Source of the DNA: a virus
Virus record (IMG/VR): IMGVR_UViG_3300042453_002354
Location: 64,001 to 128,000 of that record
Direction: 5' to 3' (one strand)
Length of the DNA stretch: 64,000 bases
Under the pieces are notes generated by a model. That model worked only from the letters and a program-made list of their open reading frames with translations. It searched no databases and was not told where the DNA came from. The position numbers and the translations under genes are program-made. The number at the start of each line of letters is the position of its first letter. The first letter of the stretch is position 1. This document shows positions 49,277 to 58,393 of this stretch, piece after piece.

Positions 49277-51099
49277 TATCTATTCTCATTAATAACTGTA
49301 ACTTTTACATCCGTCTGTTGAATTAATAACATTCTATTTCTACTTGCGAAAAAATCACCATTCGATGGCGTAGCATAGAAATATAGTTTATTACCGCCAT
49401 CACTTAATCCTTGTATACTTAGGCTAGATATTTGAATCGCACCAGTTTCATAATTTACAGAACCTATATTGTCATTTACTATAATTTTATTTGAGCCGAA
49501 TGGTCTGTATGCAAATAGTTTTCCATTACCATCATCAGTTATAAATGTTTCAAAACCGTTGAATATAAATCCAGAACTTTTTATTGTTCTTATATCATGT
49601 AGTACATCGCCCAAATCAAGAGAAGATTGAAACGAAAAATTATATTGAACTGGTACATTAAACGGTGGCGTTACGGCATATTTCAAGTAGACTGAAGTGA
49701 TATTACCAGTTATTGAATCATCAGCTTGATCGATATATCTCAAAAGCGTACTGTATCTAAAGGTAGTATCAAATCCACTCAACTTCTCTGCCGCAAATTT
49801 ATTTATCGACTCTCTAACAGAGTTTTCTATCTGACCTGAAGATTTGCTATTTTTCCTGCCTTCAAATCTAACCGTAGTTTCTATGCCAATATTCATATAC
49901 TCTGGATCTACCATTTCAACTTCAATGGCGACCATATTTCTAGGTCTAATAATTGTATTAATAATAGATTCTTTTTCTATTGTATTAAAGGTCAATCCAT
50001 TCTTTGGTTTGGCAGAAACGAAAACAACACCATACTTTGGTGGTGAATTGTCTTCACCTCCCCAGACTCTAACGTGTTCTATTTGTGGATAGTCTTTAAT
50101 CAATAAAGTTTCGTAATCCGATTTTGTCACCGCTCTAGCTTGTGTGTCATAATATAATGGTGCTTTAAATTTTACACTCTCTATAGTTTCTTTATCTGAA
50201 CCATTTCTCAAAGATTCTAGTGTGGTTATCGATATGTATTGTGGTGGAATCGTAACGCTATTTGGTGCAGTCAAGCTGGTAGTAGTAAACTTACTCAATC
50301 CGTGATATAATGGACCGTCAGTTACAAAATATGTTGCAGAGATTTGATTGCCATCTACTAATTTTTTTCCTATAAACCCATCACCAAAGTAGAGTTCCAA
50401 AAATTCATTATCTGCTTCTTGTAGAAAGTAAACATTGTCATTAGGACCAACTTCAGTTACATCCTTTGCTAAAGTCCAAGTGTCTCCTTGTGCAACACCT
50501 GAGTTTTGTAATATAGTAACAAAAAGTTTTGTACTGTCTATATTAGCATTTGGCAAAATGAATCTTTGGGTTGAATTTAATTCATTGTCTACAGTAAATT
50601 TGTGAGTTATTTTTTTGCCTTGATAGATGTCTATATCAGCGGAATATTGCTGTACACCCCCAACTAGGGTTGTTTTTGGAAGAACAACCCTATCCATCGT
50701 ATAAAGTTGTATTGGCTGATTAGAAGATCTAGAGGTAAATTCGTGGTGTAATGGAACTATTATGTACTCAGGAAATTCGGGAAAGGCTGAACTAGGCAAT
50801 TTAACTGTTAAGTTAAGTTTTGCATAAGGTGCCCTAATACTAGTAGGAACATAACCCAAAGATTTAGCTCTTGAGATTACATTATTTCTCAATATGGCAC
50901 TATCCAGAAATGATTCGTTCGCAATCATATTTGAATAAAATGCATTGTAACCTGTATTATATGCAAGAACATCTAATAGCAAGTTTATTCCAGAACCTTC
51001 AAAATTGTAATCCTGAAACTCTGGTTGATTTCTTAAAAAATCTTTGAGATTTTGTTTAATCTGCTGAAAATCCAATTCAGTGAACTTTTTGATTGTCAT
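49276..51099 (-). CDS. gp6: Baseplate wedge subunit
   Basis: LDF..IK..LK.FL..Q.EF.DYNFEGS....LLDVLAYNT, Q.RAVT..DY and VWGGEDN.PP.YG.V. Confidence 0.96.
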   Translation of the reverse strand: MTIKKFTELDFQQIKQNLKDFLRNQPEFQDYNFEGSGINLLLDVLAYNTGYNAFYSNMIANESFLDSAILRNNVISRAKSLGYVPTSIRAPYAKLNLTVKLPSSAFPEFPEYIIVPLHHEFTSRSSNQPIQLYTMDRVVLPKTTLVGGVQQYSADIDIYQGKKITHKFTVDNELNSTQRFILPNANIDSTKLFVTILQNSGVAQGDTWTLAKDVTEVGPNDNVYFLQEADNEFLELYFGDGFIGKKLVDGNQISATYFVTDGPLYHGLSKFTTTSLTAPNSVTIPPQYISITTLESLRNGSDKETIESVKFKAPLYYDTQARAVTKSDYETLLIKDYPQIEHVRVWGGEDNSPPKYGVVFVSAKPKNGLTFNTIEKESIINTIIRPRNMVAIEVEMVDPEYMNIGIETTVRFEGRKNSKSSGQIENSVRESINKFAAEKLSGFDTTFRYSTLLRYIDQADDSITGNITSVYLKYAVTPPFNVPVQYNFSFQSSLDLGDVLHDIRTIKSSGFIFNGFETFITDDGNGKLFAYRPFGSNKIIVNDNIGSVNYETGAIQISSLSIQGLSDGGNKLYFYATPSNGDFFASRNRMLLIQQTDVKVTVINENR

Positions 51100-51507
51100 T
51101 TATCGGACCCTTTTTAGTGAAAATGTAATCTGCTTCGATTCGGTTTCTCCAACTATGTAGAACTGAATTTGTAACACCAAAGTATTTTGATTTAGTAGAT
51201 TTTTTGATGGTGGAGACATAACCTGTATTGATTGTATTCTAACTCTAGGCTCATAATCACGAATGGCCTCTTGAATCTTAGTTTTTATGATGTGTTCTGT
51301 CTGTGAATCGTACTGTTCAAACAATTGAGAAATTACATTTCCACCGAAAGATGGATTATAAAACTTTTCATAAAAATTAGTCGATACAATTTGTCGAACG
51401 GCTCTTGCGATGGCCCTATCACCTCTAAGTGGTATCAAATCGCCTGTGTCTGGATGTGGAGTGAAAGATAGATCTAAATCGCTATATCTTCTTTTTTCTA
51501 GAGCCAT
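51100..51507 (-). CDS. gp25: Baseplate wedge subunit
   Basis: YSDLDLSF..HP.T.D, AI...V...V.T...E..F.P.FG and YEPRV. Confidence 0.93.
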   Translation of the reverse strand: MALEKRRYSDLDLSFTPHPDTGDLIPLRGDRAIARAVRQIVSTNFYEKFYNPSFGGNVISQLFEQYDSQTEHIIKTKIQEAIRDYEPRVRIQSIQVMSPPSKNLLNQNTLVLQIQFYIVGETESKQITFSLKRVR

Positions 51508-51544
51508 AAACTATTGATGCCTAAACTAAAAGTCTTACGACTTT

Positions 51545-51552
51545 TATTTATA
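51545..51552 (-). promoter_or_regulatory. Late promoter TATAAATA (gp25-gp6-gp7)
   Basis: Exact consensus. Confidence 0.75.
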
Positions 51553-51871
51553 CTAGGATCAAAAAATAGTATGACCAACAGAACATTACATAAACATAGA
51601 AAGAATTCACTGTAAAAAGTGATGTAAGTAAAAATTTACTGTTCAATATCGATTCTGTATGATATGCATAAGACAATACGAATAGTGCTAATGACTTTAC
51701 CAAAGATAATCCAAACATTGCGCCAAGGTGATAACAAAGCCATTTCACCAATGGATTACCTTCAATTTCCACAGAACCGTGATTTAATATACCAAAATAT
51801 GTAAAATTCATGTCCAAAAATTGAACAATTAGTAGCGATACGATAAGTACTTTGTTTAATTTTTTAATCAT
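51548..51871 (-). CDS. Small multi-pass membrane protein (DUF5658-like)
   Basis: LD...TY.G......E.NPL motif and three hydrophobic segments; likely start MIKKL. Confidence 0.7.
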   Translation of the reverse strand: MIKKLNKVLIVSLLIVQFLDMNFTYFGILNHGSVEIEGNPLVKWLCYHLGAMFGLSLVKSLALFVLSYAYHTESILNSKFLLTSLFTVNSFYVYVMFCWSYYFLILV

Positions 51872-54497
51872 GTCTAAATTTACCATCATATACTAAGAAT
51901 TCACGAGTGTTGTCGGATATAATAAATTGTTTTGGATAATCTTTGGCATATTTTGAAAATCTATAGTGATCTCTACCACCATTTGCATTACCAGCAAATC
52001 TAGGCCTTTCAATCACATTACCTTTTCTGTGTTTCGGTGCGGTGACTTGCCATTTAGAAAAATCTCCTGGTCCGTGATCGTAATAGATGAAAAACGTTTC
52101 CAATTCACCTGTCGGCAATGCTTCATACATCACTATTGGTCCACTGCCCGGCGGAACTAGAACGACTGGTTTACCATCACTATCTGCTTTTGGTTTGTAG
52201 AGATAGTTGCTTTGACTCGGATCGTATGAACCATTAGAAAATCTAATTCTAAATCCAGGCTTGAAGTTGGAAGAGGTTTGTTCGGTAGTACTTTCAGCTT
52301 CTGGTATGAATGGAGGTTCTAAGTTTGGTGTATAAATGGGCGAGAATGTCGGAAACAAATTAGCAACACCTGCCACATTAAATGAGGCGGTATTGTTTCC
52401 GATAGTAGGAGATTCAAATATGATAGATGAAGCAGCTCTCATTGAAATATAACTCAAAGATTCAAATGCTATCGTATCTGCGATTATTTTAACTTTACCG
52501 TCAACCTTTAATACGTAATCGCCACCTACTTCTACTTCTTTATTATCTGCGATCTTTTGTGCGTGACCACCTTCCATTTCTTGAAAGGTTGTGCCAGATT
52601 TAATAGATAAACCACCTGTACTTATTGTAGTTGAACCAGATTCGATTGTCAATTCGGTTTCTGATTTTATTTTTGTGGATTCATCGGAAGTTAAGTTTAT
52701 ATTTTTATTGCTTGCTATGTACATATCGGCCACCGATATTGTGTACAGTTTATTCAAGCACTTATCGACCAGTGTACCATCAGGATGAATTTCTCTAAAT
52801 GTGCCAGAACGATGATACCAATGCAATCTTTCTGCCTTTGGTGTATCATCTATTTCTATGTAATGTCCAGATTCGGATTGATATACGTGATTGTATGGCC
52901 ATTTTGCAGCATAAGGCGTTGCAGGTTCTTCAAAGGGTTCGCCTTCGACTGGTAGTTGATCTTTTGTTTCGCCCTTTGTCTCTGTTTTTTGTGGATTAAC
53001 AATCCTCGGTAAAGATGGACTTAATTTCATTCCTTTTACTGGTTCATATGCGGCCGCCGAAAAGGAGGAAACATTTGAATTCTTTTTACCTACGATGGTA
53101 TCTTCTATTTTTTGATTTCTGGCAAGTCTTGGTGTTACTGGTTCATTTAAGTATGGTTCAAGTGGATATCTACTAGCAGAATAAACTGGCGTGTTGTATG
53201 TCGCTGAAGACTGTTCTTCGGCGGTGCTTGTTGCCGATGGTCTTAGTAACTCCGCATCTGCTTCATCGTAAACACCATCATTGTTTACGTCATACGGAAA
53301 GTTTTGTATATCAAAATCTTTTTGTAAAACACCAACTGCGGTTCCTTGTGTGAATAGTTTATTTTCATTCCTAAGAGGATCATTACTTTCTCTTTCATTT
53401 TCAAATTCTATCGGAACCAATTCTTCATCATTTGCACCAAAATCTAGTCCCAAAAATTCTGAGATTTTTTGTGCTGTACTTCTTCCAAACCTTGATATCA
53501 TCTCAAGTGGATTGTTAATTGGAATCAAGGCAGTTATGACGGAAGAAACATTACTTACAACATCGCCATTAAACAATTGAGTAACTTCAAATGTTCCACC
53601 ATTTTGTATGTTCGATAAAATCAAATTAATAGGACTAGAAGGACCAAGAGTGGAAAGAGATTGTGATACTTCTGGTGGTATTATATTATTGACATATGAT
53701 GTTATTCTATTAGTCACCTCAGATTGTAAGACATCTTTAAAATTCAGCAACAAATCTGGATTAGCTGACATTTGATTCAATATGACATTTAATCCGTCCG
53801 TTACATTTCTTCTGTTTGTGTCTGACAGATTTTTAGCGGAAGAAATTCCCATTCCATTGATCAAGTTATCAAAACTATTTGCACTCAAATCTTCAGATAA
53901 TAGCGATAGACCATTTGAAGGATTTAAAAATGTTTGAGCCAAATTTAATGTCGATTGTGAATTAAACTTTGGCAATTGCTGTACTAGATTGTCTATTTTC
54001 GTTCTATCATTTACTGGTACTTGATAACGCACATCAGTTAAAAACTTATTGACTGAAGTTTTGGATGCATCTTGCATTCCAGTTACAAAATTGGAGCCAA
54101 AATCATACGAACCACCGAACTCTGGAGGTCTAGGTACTTCACCATTGCTTAATTGTTCGGGTGTGGTAGGATCGTTAAATCCTACGTCAGGTACAGAGGT
54201 TTGTGTCGGTATGCCTGGTATCATACCTATCACACAAGGCATTTGGCATATGGTAGAATCCATAAAAAAGCCAAAAACCCAGTCACCTTCCCTGAGTCCT
54301 ACGACATTGTTTCCGTGATCGATTGGTAAACAAACCTGAGCCCAAGGTAGAGTATCAGTCGGTATTTGACTCTTATCTTCGGTGTGTAGTCCAAAAATGC
54401 GTACACGAACACGACCTAGCATTAGAGGGTCCATTCGATCCTCTACTACGCCTTTCCACCACACGAAACCGTCTAAGCCTTCAAAGTTTTTTAACAT
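51864..54497 (-). CDS. gp5: Baseplate hub / needle protein gp5, with no recognisable lysozyme domain
   Basis: F.WW.GVVEDR.DP..LGRVRVRI.G.H...IPT..LPWA (OB fold) and YP.NHV..SESGH..E.DDTP..ER...HRSGTF.EI..DG, followed by a beta-helix. Confidence 0.92.
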   Translation of the reverse strand: MLKNFEGLDGFVWWKGVVEDRMDPLMLGRVRVRIFGLHTEDKSQIPTDTLPWAQVCLPIDHGNNVVGLREGDWVFGFFMDSTICQMPCVIGMIPGIPTQTSVPDVGFNDPTTPEQLSNGEVPRPPEFGGSYDFGSNFVTGMQDASKTSVNKFLTDVRYQVPVNDRTKIDNLVQQLPKFNSQSTLNLAQTFLNPSNGLSLLSEDLSANSFDNLINGMGISSAKNLSDTNRRNVTDGLNVILNQMSANPDLLLNFKDVLQSEVTNRITSYVNNIIPPEVSQSLSTLGPSSPINLILSNIQNGGTFEVTQLFNGDVVSNVSSVITALIPINNPLEMISRFGRSTAQKISEFLGLDFGANDEELVPIEFENERESNDPLRNENKLFTQGTAVGVLQKDFDIQNFPYDVNNDGVYDEADAELLRPSATSTAEEQSSATYNTPVYSASRYPLEPYLNEPVTPRLARNQKIEDTIVGKKNSNVSSFSAAAYEPVKGMKLSPSLPRIVNPQKTETKGETKDQLPVEGEPFEEPATPYAAKWPYNHVYQSESGHYIEIDDTPKAERLHWYHRSGTFREIHPDGTLVDKCLNKLYTISVADMYIASNKNINLTSDESTKIKSETELTIESGSTTISTGGLSIKSGTTFQEMEGGHAQKIADNKEVEVGGDYVLKVDGKVKIIADTIAFESLSYISMRAASSIIFESPTIGNNTASFNVAGVANLFPTFSPIYTPNLEPPFIPEAESTTEQTSSNFKPGFRIRFSNGSYDPSQSNYLYKPKADSDGKPVVLVPPGSGPIVMYEALPTGELETFFIYYDHGPGDFSKWQVTAPKHRKGNVIERPRFAGNANGGRDHYRFSKYAKDYPKQFIISDNTREFLVYDGKFRHD

Positions 54498-54524
54498 AGT
54501 GCGTTTATGAAAAATGATCTCTAG

Positions 54525-54782
54525 TTATGTATCTTTCAAACATTTATCATCTAGCGTCTTTTTCGCTAAAGAGACCATTTTTATGTAATCCATCACTATT
54601 AAAAAGTCTTCTACGATTTCATCTTCTATTCTGTACATCTCCTCAATACTTAGATCACTGTGCATATTAAAATCGATAGAATCTCTGAATAATCTAATCA
54701 GAGATTTTCTTGCAGTATTATAGAGATATCGATCATTTACTGGTCTAGTCATTTTAAGTCCAAAGAAAAAATCTGATATCAA
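54525..54782 (-). CDS. Hypothetical protein
   Basis: ORF in a co-directional cluster; likely start MTRPV. Confidence 0.5.
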   Translation of the reverse strand: MISDFFFGLKMTRPVNDRYLYNTARKSLIRLFRDSIDFNMHSDLSIEEMYRIEDEIVEDFLIVMDYIKMVSLAKKTLDDKCLKDT

Positions 54783-55407
54783 TCAGACGATGTAACATTT
54801 CTTGATCTTCTTTATCCCAATATTGTTCTAGTTCAAATGAGTTCTGCCGAAGTTCCTTTCTCAACTCTCTCTCACTTTCAGTAAGTTCATCTTCCATCGT
54901 AAGAAATTTAGAACCTTCGATTTCTACAAACTTGTACCATTTTCTACCATCATTGTTTACCTGCTTTATTAATTCTTCAATCTGAATTAGATTTATATCT
55001 ACTCTGCCAGGTCTAGCATCTTTCCACCAAAGATAAAGCTCCCTAACTTCTTTAGCGAAATTTCTGTGACCTTCATTTAAATCTTCACCATCCCTCGATA
55101 GTTCTGGACTCATATTTAACCAAAGTTCTAGATATGATAATCCAAGTTCTCGATTAGATAATCCCTTGTAACTAATCTTTTTAAATCTTCGATGACCTAT
55201 TTCCATTTTAGCCAATTCGTTCTCGACAAAGTGTGTCAATACTGCAAAATTGGCATATAATAACATCTCACGAGAATCTGAAAAGCCAGGTTTAGTTCCT
55301 AAGTGTACTACGTGATACTTGTCGTATGTTCTGTGTGCAATCCACGATTTTATTCGGTAAAACTTATGGACAATATCATTCAGTATAAGTTTTTGCATCG
55401 TCTTCAT
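54754..55407 (-). CDS. Hypothetical protein
   Basis: Well-formed ORF (D.RE.ML.ANF..L..FVE.E...E...LY.WWK..RP.R...D..ML.RLI.IR..LWT, a recurring phage family); start likely MKTMQ. Confidence 0.65.
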   Translation of the reverse strand: MKTMQKLILNDIVHKFYRIKSWIAHRTYDKYHVVHLGTKPGFSDSREMLLYANFAVLTHFVENELAKMEIGHRRFKKISYKGLSNRELGLSYLELWLNMSPELSRDGEDLNEGHRNFAKEVRELYLWWKDARPGRVDINLIQIEELIKQVNNDGRKWYKFVEIEGSKFLTMEDELTESERELRKELRQNSFELEQYWDKEDQEMLHRLIDIRFFLWT

Positions 55408-55432
55408 AATATTATACCAAAAAAATACACAC

Positions 55433-55744
55433 TTATTCTTTGTTGTTTTGTTCGTGTAATTGTTTAAGTGTCTCGCCGAGAAATACACACTCCATATAAG
55501 ATTCTGAACAAGGTCTCCATTTTTGCACTTTCTTATACTCTATTCTATTTTGTTTTGCATCTACCCAAAACGGTTCATCTTCATCTATGTCCAGATATGC
55601 AAGCACATTATCATTTTCTTGTTCAACCCATACCAACATATTCAAACAAGGTCTAACCTTGTGCATAAAATTCCAATCATTAAAATTTATGTAGGCAAGT
55701 TCAAACTCAAAATCAAAGTCAACCACATCATCAAAGTATATCAT
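55433..55744 (-). CDS. Hypothetical protein
   Basis: ORF with an ATGA overlap to the upstream gene. Confidence 0.55.
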   Translation of the reverse strand: MIYFDDVVDFDFEFELAYINFNDWNFMHKVRPCLNMLVWVEQENDNVLAYLDIDEDEPFWVDAKQNRIEYKKVQKWRPCSESYMECVFLGETLKQLHEQNNKE

Positions 55745-55920
55745 TGTAATAATTCCTCTACAAGTTTTTTATAAACGTCATATGCCTCTAGCAATTCTGA
55801 GAGCATCGGTGTTATCTCTTCTTCTTTTAATTCATAAAAGCCGCCTAATAAGATGTCTTCAACATCCTTTATAAGTTCTTTAAGAATTTCTAACTTTTCT
55901 ATGGCGATGTCAATTTCCAT
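55741..55920 (-). CDS. Hypothetical acidic 59-aa helical protein (not in ORF track)
   Basis: Manual translation MEIDIAIEKLEILKELIKDVEDILLGGFYELKEEEITPMLSELLEAYDVYKKLVEELLQ; fills the gap exactly. Confidence 0.6.
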   Translation of the reverse strand: MEIDIAIEKLEILKELIKDVEDILLGGFYELKEEEITPMLSELLEAYDVYKKLVEELLQ

Positions 55921-55923
55921 TTT

Positions 55924-56181
55924 TTAGTCTTCATATAAAAATGCTTCGATTCTTTTTAGTTTTTCTTGTAGCGTTTTCAATCTTGCTTGCAGCTTCCATC
56001 TTTTTGTTGGATTTTTTCTTACCTGAAGTCTACCAAAAACATCCATATATTTTTGTTGATATTTCTGATATGATTTAAGTGCTTCGGCATTTAACTTTCT
56101 AGTAACCGAAGTCTGGTTCGGTTCCGCTGTGCTCAATTCTTGATTGCTCTCCTCTTCCTTTGGTGATAATGTTTCTGTCAT
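55924..56181 (-). CDS. Hypothetical protein
   Basis: GAAGGAG RBS before MTETLS; basic coiled-coil C-terminus. Confidence 0.6.
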   Translation of the reverse strand: MTETLSPKEEESNQELSTAEPNQTSVTRKLNAEALKSYQKYQQKYMDVFGRLQVRKNPTKRWKLQARLKTLQEKLKRIEAFLYED

Positions 56182-56845
56182 TTTTTTCTCCTTCAACTTT
56201 AATCGGATTCCAATCTATAATATCTATTTTATGCTTTTTTAGAAACTCATTGCAAGCAGAAAAATGCTTACAATTAAAAAAACCTCTGTGTGCTGAAAGT
56301 GGCGATGGATGTGCAGCTTTCAGTATCAGGTGCTTTTTCTTGTCTATGAATGCAGAACATTTGGCAGATTTCTGACCCCACAACATAAAAACCACATTTG
56401 GCAAAGAATCCGAAATGTGCTTTATAACTCTTTCGGTAAAAATCTCCCACCCCAATCCATAATGAGAACCTGGTCTTCCGTTCTCTACTGTTAAAACTCT
56501 ATTCAGTAAAAATACACCCTGATCAATCCAATTTGACAGTCTACCTTGAATTTGGATATCTCCGATGTCTGACTGTATTTCCTTAAATATATTGTTCAGA
56601 GAAGCGGGTACAGTCTCTTCCGTAGACTCGAATGCAACACCAGTAGCAGCACCATTGTGATAAGGATCTTGTCCTATTATAACCACTTTGATTTTGGCTA
56701 GTGGCACACTCGCAAAAATTTTAAACGTATTTTCTGGATCTGGATATACTAGCGTCCGTTTTCTCTCATTGGTCACACGTAATGCCAAATCCTGAAAATA
56801 TTGTTCGTGCGATTGTAATGTTAAAAATTCTCTCCACTCTTGCAT
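56099..56845 (-). CDS. ung: Uracil-DNA glycosylase, family 1
   Basis: KVVIIGQDPYH, A.G.AF, P.SL.NIFKE, QGVFLLN..LTV, VFMLWG and HPSPLSA.RGFF. Confidence 0.96.
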   Translation of the reverse strand: MQEWREFLTLQSHEQYFQDLALRVTNERKRTLVYPDPENTFKIFASVPLAKIKVVIIGQDPYHNGAATGVAFESTEETVPASLNNIFKEIQSDIGDIQIQGRLSNWIDQGVFLLNRVLTVENGRPGSHYGLGWEIFTERVIKHISDSLPNVVFMLWGQKSAKCSAFIDKKKHLILKAAHPSPLSAHRGFFNCKHFSACNEFLKKHKIDIIDWNPIKVEGEKNDRNIITKGRGEQSRIEHSGTEPDFGY

Positions 56846-57060
56846 AAATTATTCAATTGCTCCTGTAAAAGTTTCTTCTTGAGATACAGCTCTTCAAGTT
56901 CTCTGAAAAGATTTATGCAACCTATACCAACGCACGAATGTATTGTTCTGTATACATACTGAATTTGGCATTCGGTCTTTTCAATTTCTTCTCTAATTTC
57001 TTTAATCAAGGTCGTCATTTTCTGTATTCCCATTTTGTAAATTTTCGCAACGCAAAACAT
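56821..57060 (-). CDS. Hypothetical protein
   Basis: ORF in cluster; start uncertain (probably MTTLI). Confidence 0.45.
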   Translation of the reverse strand: MFCVAKIYKMGIQKMTTLIKEIREEIEKTECQIQYVYRTIHSCVGIGCINLFRELEELYLKKKLLQEQLNNLCKSGENF

Positions 57061-57310
57061 AGTCTTCTGTAACTAATTCACAAAATTGCTTTTCGCTAAT
57101 GTTATTTAAGTCTGATCCTTTTAACTTTAAAATTTTCAACGTCTTTGTAATTGATAATATCATAGTTGAATAGACAGTGCAATTACTTGCAAAAATTTTA
57201 TTTGCCACTTCCAAATCAGATAAGGTTGATGATTTTACACTTCTTGCGGTGCCAAATCCTATAACCCAAAATATCAAAGCAAATACAATATCCACAAAAG
57301 TCAAATTCAT
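57002..57310 (-). CDS. Hypothetical membrane-anchored protein
   Basis: N-terminal hydrophobic segment; AGGA RBS. Confidence 0.55.
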   Translation of the reverse strand: MNLTFVDIVFALIFWVIGFGTARSVKSSTLSDLEVANKIFASNCTVYSTMILSITKTLKILKLKGSDLNNISEKQFCELVTEDYVLRCENLQNGNTENDDLD

Positions 57311-57324
57311 TATTTTTCCTATGT

Positions 57325-57615
57325 TTAACGTTTTTGATTATAACCGGATGAAAAACTACTTGATGCGTATGCTTCTTTTCTTGCATATTGAATTAATTCA
57401 TTAACTCTAATTTCCAAATTTGTATATCTTTCTCGTCTATACTTTCGACTCTCTTCTTCAATCTTCTGTCTCGAAATGCAAGTATACTTTTGGTGCAAAA
57501 TTACAGATACTTCATAACTAGTGTATACAGAATGTCTTGCCAGATCATAAAACTCGTGGATTAATTCTTCTTGTTTTATTAGAAGGTGACTTGTAATTTG
57601 AGTCATATTATCCAC
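57325..57615 (-). CDS. Hypothetical protein
   Basis: ORF in a co-directional cluster. Confidence 0.5.
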   Translation of the reverse strand: MDNMTQITSHLLIKQEELIHEFYDLARHSVYTSYEVSVILHQKYTCISRQKIEEESRKYRRERYTNLEIRVNELIQYARKEAYASSSFSSGYNQKR

Positions 57616-58202
57616 CTTAAAAATAATTTTTTAGAATCTGGTCTGTTCATTATATAATCGCAAGTTTCGGCTATAATGTCAAGACCGTTTGTTATGAAGT
57701 CGGCCTCAGCTTCAGAATATTTTTTAATGTGCTGTAAATACAATTCTTTATAGTGCATTGCATTGTAATAAGATAACAACCAATCGTGTTGTTGATATCT
57801 ATCGATCTTTAATGAATTGATTTTAAGGTTGAAAATATTAAATAGATTTTTCCCTATTGATTTTGTCAATCTAGTATCAAATGAATTTTGATTATATTCT
57901 GATATGAAATGCCCTATTTTAAATTTGTGATTCTTGTGTATAGAAGATGTAAACTTATATGTTATGGGTGCATACAAATTACCGCCCAATGAAGATACCA
58001 AACCCTTTTCTGATAAGAACTTCCACTTCTTATAAGAATATTCATTTATACCTTTTTTATTTTCATCTCTCCAAAAATCAACTTCTTCACTCTGCGGACA
58101 AATTTCTTTGTTGAACATATCGGTAAACTTTTCGATATGCTCTTCGTATTCAAGAAATTTGGCATAGTCCTCAAAGCGAACTAAAGTGACTTCAGTTGTC
58201 AT
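57603..58202 (-). CDS. Hypothetical protein
   Basis: 199-aa ORF with a GAGGG RBS. Confidence 0.6.
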   Translation of the reverse strand: MTTEVTLVRFEDYAKFLEYEEHIEKFTDMFNKEICPQSEEVDFWRDENKKGINEYSYKKWKFLSEKGLVSSLGGNLYAPITYKFTSSIHKNHKFKIGHFISEYNQNSFDTRLTKSIGKNLFNIFNLKINSLKIDRYQQHDWLLSYYNAMHYKELYLQHIKKYSEAEADFITNGLDIIAETCDYIMNRPDSKKLFLRWII

Positions 58203-58335
58203 TTATTTCCCTCTGAGATATTTGTGTTCTATTTCCTTTTTTCTTTTTCTTTTTGTTTGCGTGTACAAACACAGAAAGAAATTTGAAATCAATAAAATGT
58301 CTAGTCTTTGTTCTTTTTTTCTTTTTGTTTGCCAT
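58192..58335 (-). CDS. Very basic 47-aa peptide
   Basis: GGGAG RBS then MANKKKKRTK...HANKKKKKKG; first ORF after a sigma70 promoter. Confidence 0.5.
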   Translation of the reverse strand: MANKKKKRTKTRHFIDFKFLSVFVHANKKKKKKGNRTQISQREINDN

Positions 58336-58356
58336 ATTGCTTCTCCCTATTTTTAT

Positions 58357-58386
58357 ATTATAACAAAAAGGATCATAACATAGCAA
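58357..58386 (-). promoter_or_regulatory. Sigma70-type (early) promoter with extended -10
   Basis: TTGCTA, 18 nt, TATAAT, with TG at the extended -10 position. Confidence 0.65.
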
Positions 58387-58393
58387 ATGTTTA

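Noticed and set aside
56099-56196. Programmed frameshift at the ung / downstream ORF overlap
   Set aside because: The downstream ORF has its own strong RBS; a non-conserved C-terminal run-on of Ung explains the overlap.
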